This document shows positions 8,656 to 15,351 of a stretch of DNA of 17,622 nucleotides, piece by piece. The translations under genes and the position numbers were made by a program. Source of the DNA: Spirochaetales bacterium (lineage in GTDB: Bacteria; Spirochaetota; Spirochaetia; DSM-27196; SLST01); the NCBI GenBank assembly GCA_030642995.1, contig DAOWMR010000015.1, forward strand, positions 1 to 17,622, given 5' to 3'. The notes under the pieces were generated by a model. It did no database searches and had not been told where the DNA came from. It worked only from the letters and a program-made list of their open reading frames with translations. The first letter of the stretch is position 1. Every line of letters starts with the position of its first letter.

Positions 8656-9059
8656 GTGGTTGCATCCTCCTTGAGGATCGAGAGATACTCAGCCGCTTCA
8701 ACAACGCTGAATCCATACGAAGAAGCCGTGGCCAGGAAAGTGCGAACCAACCCCGCCAGAATCTGTTTACGTTCCTGGGCCGTAAGCTCGATTTTCTTCT
8801 CGCTGATGAAAGTGCCCGTACCCTGCTGCGTATTGACGATCCCGCGGATTTCCAGCTCGCTGTACGCCCGTGCGACGGTATTCGGGTTGATCTTCAGGTC
8901 CACCGCCAGGGCTCGCACCGTCGGCAATTGGTTTCCCGTCCGCAATCTGCCGTCGGCGATGGCCAATTGTGTCTGCATAATGATTTGCCGGTAGAAAGGA
9001 ACTCCGCTCGTCGGATCGAGGAGAAAATGAATACCGCCGGGTTGCCGTTCAGTTGTCAT
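8652..9059 (-). CDS. GntR-family transcriptional regulator, YtrA subfamily (short C-terminal domain)
   Basis: 135 aa. The N-terminal winged HTH (GVPFYRQIIMQTQLAIADGRLRTGNQLPTVRALAVDLKINPNTVARAYSELEIRGIV) is typical of GntR. The C-terminal region is very short (~50 aa), as in YtrA-type regulators that head ABC-transporter operons. It is the first gene of the 7-gene minus-strand operon. Confidence 0.85.
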   Translation of the reverse strand: MTTERQPGGIHFLLDPTSGVPFYRQIIMQTQLAIADGRLRTGNQLPTVRALAVDLKINPNTVARAYSELEIRGIVNTQQGTGTFISEKKIELTAQERKQILAGLVRTFLATASSYGFSVVEAAEYLSILKEDATT

Positions 9060-9073
9060 AGACCGAACCCCTG

Positions 9074-9095
9074 TTGTACTGAATCGTTAGTACAA
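9074..9095. promoter_or_regulatory. candidate GntR operator: inverted repeat TTGTACT-N8-AGTACAA. A third AGTACAAT half-site lies at 9164-9171 and overlaps the putative ctaB -10
   Basis: Perfect 7-bp inverted repeat with a GTAC core, as GntR-family operators commonly have. It lies just downstream of a putative minus-strand promoter (-35 TTGCTG at 9128..9123, 17-nt spacer, -10 TATACT at 9105..9100) and 15-36 nt upstream of the GntR start codon. Confidence 0.45.
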
Positions 9096-9222
9096 TAGAA
9101 GTATAGGGCAGGTTTCGATTTACAGCAAGTGTATTCTGCGTGGTGGCAGCAAGGTTAAATTCGAGTACAATTTCAAGGTCTGGATGCGCAACACCGCCGG
9201 ACAATCACACAGGGAAAATCGG

Positions 9223-10137
9223 ATGGCCACGCAACGACGAACCATTGACGACACACGCAAACATCTGACGGCCAAACTGCGTCTCTACTGGAAGCTGATC
9301 AAGAGTCTCCAGACCGGATTGCTCCTTGCGACCGGCGTGGCGGGCTTCATGAGCGCCCGTTGCCCGGCTCTGGACTGGCGGACGCTACTAGGCATGTCCG
9401 GCAGCCTGTTTCTGGCGATAAGCGGCAGCACCGTTCTCAACATGTGGTACGACCGCGACATCGACGCGAAAATGCTGCGCACGTATTGGCGCCCGTTGCC
9501 ATCAGGCGGGGTCAGCCCGCGTGAGACTGTCGTGCTCGGCCTTGTGCTTTCCATACTGGGAGTGGGGTGGGCCGTAGCTATGCAACCGCTCTACGGACTC
9601 GTTGTGTTTGCCGGGCTGTTCATTGACGTCGTGGTCTACACGATCTGGCTCAAACGACGCACCGCCTGGTCCATTGTGTGGGGTGGGATCTCCGGCGGGA
9701 TGCCGATCCTGGCCGGGCGGGTGCTTGGCATTGCCGCTCTGACGGGAGTGGGGCAGATTGACCTGATCGGAGTTTTGCTGTCGCTGGGGATACTGTTCTG
9801 GATTCCCACCCACATCATGACGTTCAACATGCGCTATCATGATGACTATCAGACCGCGGGCGTGCCCACGTTCCCCTTAGCCTACAGTTTTCAGATGACG
9901 CGGGTGACTATCGCGGTGTCCAGTCTCATTGCGGCTCTGACGATGGGTGGAGCAGTAATGCTTCTCGGCATGACCTGGGGATACTTGCGGTTGCTGGCTG
10001 TGCTCAGCACAGCGCTACTCCTGATGGCCGTCTACAGCGTGGCCCGTCCTTCAGAGAAGATGAACTTTGGTCTCTTCAAGTACGCATCGATCTACATGTT
10101 GAGTCTGATGCTCTTGCTCGTCCTGGGGGCGATATGA
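9223..10137 (+). CDS. ctaB: protoheme IX farnesyltransferase (heme O synthase)
   Basis: UbiA-family membrane protein with the diagnostic heme O synthase motif LNMWYDRDIDAKMLRTYWRPLPSGG (compare N-x-YIDRDID-x-KM-x-RT-x-xRxLxxG). ATG 9223 has an AGGGA SD and a putative -10 TACAAT at 9166-9171. The track start 9184 would leave almost no leader, so 9223 is preferred. Confidence 0.85.
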   Translation: MATQRRTIDDTRKHLTAKLRLYWKLIKSLQTGLLLATGVAGFMSARCPALDWRTLLGMSGSLFLAISGSTVLNMWYDRDIDAKMLRTYWRPLPSGGVSPRETVVLGLVLSILGVGWAVAMQPLYGLVVFAGLFIDVVVYTIWLKRRTAWSIVWGGISGGMPILAGRVLGIAALTGVGQIDLIGVLLSLGILFWIPTHIMTFNMRYHDDYQTAGVPTFPLAYSFQMTRVTIAVSSLIAALTMGGAVMLLGMTWGYLRLLAVLSTALLLMAVYSVARPSEKMNFGLFKYASIYMLSLMLLLVLGAI

Positions 10138-10739
10138 AAAAGATCTCCGTCCTTGACCGGATAGTGCTTCTGATCGTCGGAGTGTTAGCGGCCTATCAGA
10201 TAGTCGTGGGGATCGAGGGATTCTGCACGCTGACCGTCTTGTGCTACACGATCGCCTTCGGCGTGCTTATGTTCGCCGCGCTGCTGTTCATCATCTTTGG
10301 GTTTGACATCCTGGACAGCAAGCTGGTCGTCATCGTGGCTGCGACCATCCCGCTCATCTTGTCGCTGGCACTCATCGCTGAATATCTGCCGTCTGTCAGG
10401 ACGGTGTACATGGCGTTTGCCGTCGTCGGATTCGGTGCGCTTGCCGTCACCCGGTATACCGCCTCCGGTGCTGTTGCGACGGTCGTTCTGGCTACGGTAC
10501 ACGGGATCGCCGGGCTGTTGATCTTCAGCCTGCCGATCATTATTGCCGTGCAGGGAAAGACTTCGCCGGGCTTCGCGTTGGTGGGAGTCGGCGGGGCGTT
10601 AATTGGCACCGGCGGGTCGCTGCTCCTCTTCCTGAAATTGGGCAGGCCTATCCTGTCAAGAGATACGATTTTCACCGTGCTGCCCGTGTTGCTGCTGTTC
10701 ATGACGGCGGCATTCGTGGCCGGGTTGGCGATGCGGTGA
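10134..10739 (+). CDS. uncharacterised polytopic membrane protein (201 aa, ~6 TM), translationally coupled to ctaB
   Basis: Its ATG overlaps the ctaB TGA (ATGA at 10134-10137). The protein is hydrophobic throughout and has no recognisable catalytic motif. Confidence 0.5.
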   Translation: MKKISVLDRIVLLIVGVLAAYQIVVGIEGFCTLTVLCYTIAFGVLMFAALLFIIFGFDILDSKLVVIVAATIPLILSLALIAEYLPSVRTVYMAFAVVGFGALAVTRYTASGAVATVVLATVHGIAGLLIFSLPIIIAVQGKTSPGFALVGVGGALIGTGGSLLLFLKLGRPILSRDTIFTVLPVLLLFMTAAFVAGLAMR

Positions 10740-10748
10740 GGGATTGAG

Positions 10749-11180
10749 ATGGTTGGGAATGAACGCCGGCTCTATGCACTGGCAGGGATCATGTGGAGTG
10801 GCGTCGGTGGCTACCTGGTTTTTCTGGCTTATGGTTGGCTCAAGGCGTTACCCTCATTACGTACCGTTCTTCTCGCAATCGCAGCGGTTCTATTTGCGCT
10901 GGTGATCTACCGTTTTGGCTTCTCTAATCTTGCGAAGAAGAACATCAAACGCATTTCGCTGCTCGAAGGCCGAGTATTCATCTGGGCATTTCAGAGTTGG
11001 CAAAGCTACATCATTATCCCGGTTATGATCGGTTTGGGCATCTTTCTCCGTAACTCACCGCTGCCAAAGCAGTATCTGGCCATCATGTACATCGGCATTG
11101 GTGGCGGCTTATTCTTGTCGAGCCTGCACTACTATGTTTGGCTCGTGCGACCATCTGAGTTGGAAAGGAGTGATGAGTGA
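10749..11180 (+). CDS. uncharacterised membrane protein (143 aa, ~4 TM)
   Basis: A hydrophobic ORF 10 nt downstream of the previous gene with a GAGGGA SD. No family recognised. Confidence 0.45.
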   Translation: MVGNERRLYALAGIMWSGVGGYLVFLAYGWLKALPSLRTVLLAIAAVLFALVIYRFGFSNLAKKNIKRISLLEGRVFIWAFQSWQSYIIIPVMIGLGIFLRNSPLPKQYLAIMYIGIGGGLFLSSLHYYVWLVRPSELERSDE

Positions 11181-11857
11181 TGAATACAATGGCCAAGATC
11201 TTGTGGGTGATCGCAATCATACTGATTGGACTGACGGCGGCAATAACGCTGGTGAGCGGCATCGGTACGTACTGCGTTGCCTGGAACGCCGAGCAATACG
11301 CGGAATTTGCCAACTTTGAGCCGTACAAACCGCTCTACAAGGCGATTGTCGTTCTCACGATTATGGTCGCGCTCGTTGCTGTCGTGGATGTTTATGGCAT
11401 GATACGACGCAAGAAGTGGGCGTACCTGGCCACGCTGTTCACGCTGATCGCAGGTATTGTCGTGGGTGGTACGCACGTGTATTACTCGACCATGTTGCGG
11501 GGAACCGGTATGCCGGGTACCGTCCGGGTTTATCTCTCAGTACTCACACTCGTCGTCCTGCTATTGCTGCGGATTCCCGGCATCTGGCAGGCGATCAACT
11601 CCGGGAAACCATCTGCGGGATCGGGGGCTGGAACGGCAGCCGGTCTGGCGATGAGTGTGTGTGGATTGGCCGTCGTTGCGACGCCCATGTGGGCCGGCCC
11701 GACGCATACTTCTGCCGGCTACAATTGGGTGAATGTCCTGTTGGTGCCCCTGATTGTGGGTGGCGTGGTGTTGATGCTGGCGGGGATAAGTCTGTTGGTG
11801 TTTCCCAAACTGCAAGTGCGTATCGGGAAGCGTCCCCAACCAGTCACGGCACATTAG
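11180..11857 (+). CDS. uncharacterised membrane protein (225 aa, ~6 TM, Gly/Ala-rich central loop)
   Basis: ATG 11180 has an AAGGAG SD (9-nt spacer) and overlaps the upstream TGA by 1 nt. The track GTG start is at 11177. Its stop TAG (11855-11857) overlaps the stop TAA (11856..11854) of the convergent FGE-like gene. Confidence 0.5.
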   Translation: MNTMAKILWVIAIILIGLTAAITLVSGIGTYCVAWNAEQYAEFANFEPYKPLYKAIVVLTIMVALVAVVDVYGMIRRKKWAYLATLFTLIAGIVVGGTHVYYSTMLRGTGMPGTVRVYLSVLTLVVLLLLRIPGIWQAINSGKPSAGSGAGTAAGLAMSVCGLAVVATPMWAGPTHTSAGYNWVNVLLVPLIVGGVVLMLAGISLLVFPKLQVRIGKRPQPVTAH

Positions 11858-12819
11858 GGATTGCGAGCACAACGGAATCCAACTGCCGGACCATAGTACA
11901 CCGGCCCGGCGCTATTCTGTTTCCAGACACGCAGATCCATTTCATAGGTATAAAAACTGCCGCCGCGCATATGACGATAATGCTGGTTCGAGAAATCATC
12001 TCCAACCCACTGCCAGACATTCCCGGCCATGTCATAGAGGCCGTACGGGCTGGCCGAATCGAGTGTTTCGTAATCTTCGTAGGTGTCACCGTTGTAGAAA
12101 CCCACGGGAGTGGTATTGCCCAGCTTCCCAAACATCTTTTCGAACAAGTCGAAAGAAGAATAGGAATTGGCGTTGTTGCCATGAATTTCAGTGCCCCAGG
12201 GGAAAGGCAATCCATACCCGTCCACTAGTTTGGTACCACGAGCGGCTTTCTCCCATTCGGTATCACTGGGGAGCCGCCAACCGTAGAACTCGGCGTACGC
12301 ATTGGCGCCGAACCATGAGACCATTGTCATGGGGTGATTGGCGTATTCAGGGATTGCTGTGAATGATTGCCCATTAAAGGTCAACCGCAAGCCTTCTTCA
12401 TCCAGCGGGATGTAGAGTTTGTCCCCGGCCTTGATTTCAAACTCGTGCTTGTAACCCTGGAAAGGTTCGCCTGCATAGAAACCATACACACCTTCAAGAA
12501 CCGCAACGGATTCCCCGAACTCAACTTCCACCTCACCCACACCAATCTCGCCGGCAGCCAAAGCTTCGTTGAGAAAATCGGCATACTGTTGGTTGGTTAC
12601 GTCGGTGACCATGATCTCATAGTCGTAGTCGACCATGGTCATGTGATCGTGCTGCCCGTAGGGGAACTCACCGGCGGGAATGACAGCCCAGGAATCGGGG
12701 TCAATCCCGGTATCGATAGAGGGCGGTACAATTGCTCCGACGCTGGATGTCGGCGTACAGGCGGTTGTCAACAAAGCAAGCACCGTAAGCAAGATCATGA
12801 GATGTATCAAACGTTTCAT
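11854..12819 (-). CDS. formylglycine-generating-enzyme (FGE/SUMF1) family domain lipoprotein
   Basis: FGE-sulfatase domain signatures: WAVIPAGEFPYG, VTNQQYADFLN, GWRLPSDTEWEKAARG, YDMAGNVWQWVGD, RGGSFY, VGFRCARNP. There is an N-terminal signal peptide with a lipobox-like LLTTAC. Its ATG overlaps the stop of the upstream membrane protein (ATGA at 12816-12819). Confidence 0.85.
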   Translation of the reverse strand: MKRLIHLMILLTVLALLTTACTPTSSVGAIVPPSIDTGIDPDSWAVIPAGEFPYGQHDHMTMVDYDYEIMVTDVTNQQYADFLNEALAAGEIGVGEVEVEFGESVAVLEGVYGFYAGEPFQGYKHEFEIKAGDKLYIPLDEEGLRLTFNGQSFTAIPEYANHPMTMVSWFGANAYAEFYGWRLPSDTEWEKAARGTKLVDGYGLPFPWGTEIHGNNANSYSSFDLFEKMFGKLGNTTPVGFYNGDTYEDYETLDSASPYGLYDMAGNVWQWVGDDFSNQHYRHMRGGSFYTYEMDLRVWKQNSAGPVYYGPAVGFRCARNP

Positions 12820-14357
12820 TCTGACACCCCCTTCAGGGTTTCTTCGAGTTTTTCCAGTTTTCGCTTCTGTTCTGCGATTTCAGACTCGGCGCTGAGTTTC
12901 GTCTCAGCCGCCAGTTCCTGCGCCCAGCGGCCGTTCCTGGTGAGGAGATCGTACAATCGCCACAGCATGAAGACACACAGAATGATGAGCACAACCCCCA
13001 GGCCGATATCGGTCAACAGCATGGTCCAGTTGACGATGGATTGCTGCGCAACTTCGGTGACGAAGAGGCGCTTCATCGAAAAGATAGTCACCGCGCCAAA
13101 AGCCAGATCGGACATCAGGATCAATACCCACCCGAACCATTTGCGGGCTTTGCCCTTCAGGCCCGACAGATCCGCGAAATACATCAGGATGATGGTTGCG
13201 ATCAGCGCTGCGAGGATGTGCCAGTGTCCGGTAAGGGTGACCCGTTCTTCCCGATGCGGCCAGACACGGAATATCTCCTCCAATTTGACTGCCAGAAAAA
13301 TGCCAACGCCACTGACGGTAAAATTCATGAAGACCATCTGCCAACCCGGGCCGAACTTCAACGGGTCGTGCAGGAGCGCCTTGATTTTCTGCCAGGCGTT
13401 GGGTTTTTCGATACCCAGTTCCGCGATGCGATTCTTGATTTGTTGATCCCAGGAGAAGATCACATATAGCAGGGCGGCTGTCATCACCAGGACGGACCCA
13501 ATATAGATGATGTTGTGTGCCCACGTGAACCACACAATGGACAGCGCGCCAATCGTGATCACAATTGTGCCGGAAATCATCAGCCACATGGCGATCTTGT
13601 GGAAGATCCCTTTGAACTTCATCCAGCGGCCCACAATCAATGTGAGGGCGACCGCGATCAGGGTCAGCATGATATGCAGGTGGCCTACAATGGCCTTCTG
13701 CAAAGCTGTCTTCAGGGGGATGCGGATCAGGTCTTCCGCCAGGAAGGTTTCGTGGCCGTTACCCCAATACGAGCCGGTCACCGCGCCAAAAGAAGCGGAG
13801 ATCAACGCGGCAGCAACCATCACGAAGAAGGCGGCTCGCTCCAGATCAATACCTTTCCGGGTGTGTGCGTAGGGCGAATCCTCCGGCAAGAGGTATTCCT
13901 TTTTCCAGGGCCACAACGCGGCGCCTAACAGCAAACCCGCGAAGAAGACTAACGACTGGCCAACCAGGAACAGACCGTGGTAGACGAAATTGTGGCCAAA
14001 GTAGCCAAAGATCAAGCCGAAAATGATAGCCGTCAAATAGCCGATGGTGATGGTGGTGTTGATCATGGTCTGTTCGTGTTTTTTCATCGGCACCATACCG
14101 GTGATGAAATACACTTCAATTGCCAGGATCGTCATGGCAATGGTGTGATAGAGCATGATGATTCGCCCTTCACGTTCAGCCTGAACCAAATCCATATTGA
14201 GGAGGCGGACGGTGATGTCTCTGACACCCCATTCGACCATCGGGCCGGAGAGCGTTCCCCAGACGGCGGTTGCCACCGCAACGACAGCCATTGCGACCAG
14301 CGCCAATCCCTTGGTCGAAGTGAAGAGATAGGTAAGTCGTTTTTTTAGTCCTTGCAT
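12816..14357 (-). CDS. uncharacterised 12-TM histidine-rich integral membrane protein with a C-terminal coiled-coil tail
   Basis: 513 aa from ATG 14357 (GGAGG SD, 7-nt spacer). The track TTG start is at 14381. Twelve hydrophobic helices are predicted. Intramembrane or helix-edge histidines occur at TM2 (LYHTIAM), after TM3 (GHNFVYHG), TM6 (GHLHIML), after TM7 (AHN) and at TM10 (GHWHIL). The C-terminus ELAAETKLSAESEIAEQKRKLEKLEETLKGVSE is a charged heptad-like region. No named family recognised. Confidence 0.6.
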   Translation of the reverse strand: MQGLKKRLTYLFTSTKGLALVAMAVVAVATAVWGTLSGPMVEWGVRDITVRLLNMDLVQAEREGRIIMLYHTIAMTILAIEVYFITGMVPMKKHEQTMINTTITIGYLTAIIFGLIFGYFGHNFVYHGLFLVGQSLVFFAGLLLGAALWPWKKEYLLPEDSPYAHTRKGIDLERAAFFVMVAAALISASFGAVTGSYWGNGHETFLAEDLIRIPLKTALQKAIVGHLHIMLTLIAVALTLIVGRWMKFKGIFHKIAMWLMISGTIVITIGALSIVWFTWAHNIIYIGSVLVMTAALLYVIFSWDQQIKNRIAELGIEKPNAWQKIKALLHDPLKFGPGWQMVFMNFTVSGVGIFLAVKLEEIFRVWPHREERVTLTGHWHILAALIATIILMYFADLSGLKGKARKWFGWVLILMSDLAFGAVTIFSMKRLFVTEVAQQSIVNWTMLLTDIGLGVVLIILCVFMLWRLYDLLTRNGRWAQELAAETKLSAESEIAEQKRKLEKLEETLKGVSE

Positions 14358-14439
14358 ATCTATGCCTCCAAATAGGGACAAACAGTCAACTTGATTGTGA
14401 AAGGTTCCACGAAGTTATCATGAAATATCGAGAGAGTCC

Positions 14440-14453
14440 TTGACCAAGGTCAA
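14440..14453. promoter_or_regulatory. perfect 14-bp palindrome TTGACCAAGGTCAA (operator copy 1) with a conserved flank, upstream of the histidine-rich membrane protein gene
   Basis: TTGACC-AA-GGTCAA is a perfect inverted repeat, 89 nt upstream of ATG 14357. Its left half could double as a -35 (TTGACC, 18-nt spacer, GATATT on the minus strand). A second copy is at 16257-16270. Confidence 0.6.
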
Positions 14454-14469
14454 GTTCCAAGGAAACCAC

Positions 14470-14497
14470 CCCCTCTCCGGCAAGAACCAGAGAGGGG
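14470..14497 (-). terminator. candidate rho-independent terminator for the upstream two-gene minus-strand unit
   Basis: GC-rich stem CCCCTCTCCGG / CCAGAGAGGGG (11 bp, one mismatch) with a 6-nt loop. On the minus-strand transcript it is followed by GUGGUUUCCUUGG (a weak U-tract). It lies 46 nt downstream of the stop at 14544 and just upstream of the operator/promoter for the next gene. Confidence 0.4.
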
Positions 14498-14543
14498 CGA
14501 TCTCGCGGGCGAAGGCAGAAGAAGGATTTACCCTGACTTCAGA

Positions 14544-15341
14544 TCAACTTTCGTGTTCACCGGAGTCTGCAATCAGCTTCTGTGTGCCTGGCAGCAAGAT
14601 GATGACAAGAAGCACCGTGCTGATAACCGGAGCCGGCAAGAACATTGAGAATCGACCCAATTGCACCGTGTTGGTGATTCCCATCGGGTAAGCACCCATC
14701 ATGGACATCATGGCTGCAAAAACACCCAACGGCACAGTCCACTTCTTCTTCTTGAGGACAGCAAAGATGAACATTGCCCAGGCGGCGGCGCCCCACCAGG
14801 TAACTTGCTGCGACATGGCAAACATACCGTTCATGAAGCTATCGTCCACGGACAACTGGAAATAGGCAATCACGCCGACCCCGTCCATAAACGTCAAGAC
14901 ATATGCCAAACCGGCCACAAAGAGCAGGGCGATGACCTTCATTTTGACACGGCCAATCAGCAGCATACCAAACCATAGAACGGTCGCCAGCAGGAAGACC
15001 CAAATCGTGGGAAAAGGCATCCCGATGCTGGAGGGTGGGATGATCGGGAAAAAGCCGACAAGCATCTGGACGGTGGCCGCCACAGTACCCCAGAACCAGG
15101 CCCATTCCAGTTTTTTCACGAAGCCGTAGAGCACGGCCCCCCACAATGCGCCGGCAGTTATGCCCAGCCAGCCAAGCAGGGCGAAGACGATCTGAACAGT
15201 AACGGCTTCATCCGGGCGACCACCGGCAATTTTGCCCGCAATGGTCGGGTTGTAGATGTCCGCCATCAAGTAGAATGTCAGCAATCCGGTCAGGACACCG
15301 ACTATGGCGAGTACAATACCGAGCTTATTGTTTCCTTTCAT
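14544..15341 (-). CDS. uncharacterised Trp-rich polytopic membrane protein (265 aa, ~8 TM), paralog of the upstream gene
   Basis: ATG 15341 has a GGAGA SD (6-nt spacer), 8 nt after the upstream stop. The track start is at 15362. It shares N-terminal VLAIVGVLTGLL, central K-EW-F, GMPFPT, TWW and KKKKW with the 15352-16188 product (VLAIVIGLL, KGEEW, GFPIP, TWW, KRKGWW). Confidence 0.55.
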   Translation of the reverse strand: MKGNNKLGIVLAIVGVLTGLLTFYLMADIYNPTIAGKIAGGRPDEAVTVQIVFALLGWLGITAGALWGAVLYGFVKKLEWAWFWGTVAATVQMLVGFFPIIPPSSIGMPFPTIWVFLLATVLWFGMLLIGRVKMKVIALLFVAGLAYVLTFMDGVGVIAYFQLSVDDSFMNGMFAMSQQVTWWGAAAWAMFIFAVLKKKKWTVPLGVFAAMMSMMGAYPMGITNTVQLGRFSMFLPAPVISTVLLVIILLPGTQKLIADSGEHES

Positions 15342-15351
15342 GATGATTCTC

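Noticed and set aside
8011-8994. Long antisense ORFs in the track: 8011..8994 + (327 aa), 12367..13446 + (359 aa), 1677..2468 - (263 aa), 6843..7754 + (303 aa), 7979..8716 - (245 aa), 11416..12228 + (270 aa), 2224..2769 + (181 aa) and similar
   Set aside because: They lie opposite genes with strong family signatures (SPFH, ABC ATPase, malic enzyme, membrane proteins). Their products are Arg/Ser/Pro/Gly-rich low-complexity sequences typical of shadow ORFs in GC-rich DNA. They lack SD sites.
12816-14357. Calling the His-rich 12-TM protein a canonical heme-copper oxidase subunit I, NorB or NnrS
   Set aside because: Only a loose resemblance in His placement. Canonical HPEVY and helix-VII HH motifs are absent and the length (513 aa with a coiled-coil tail) does not fit. 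It is kept only as a hypothesis in the findings.
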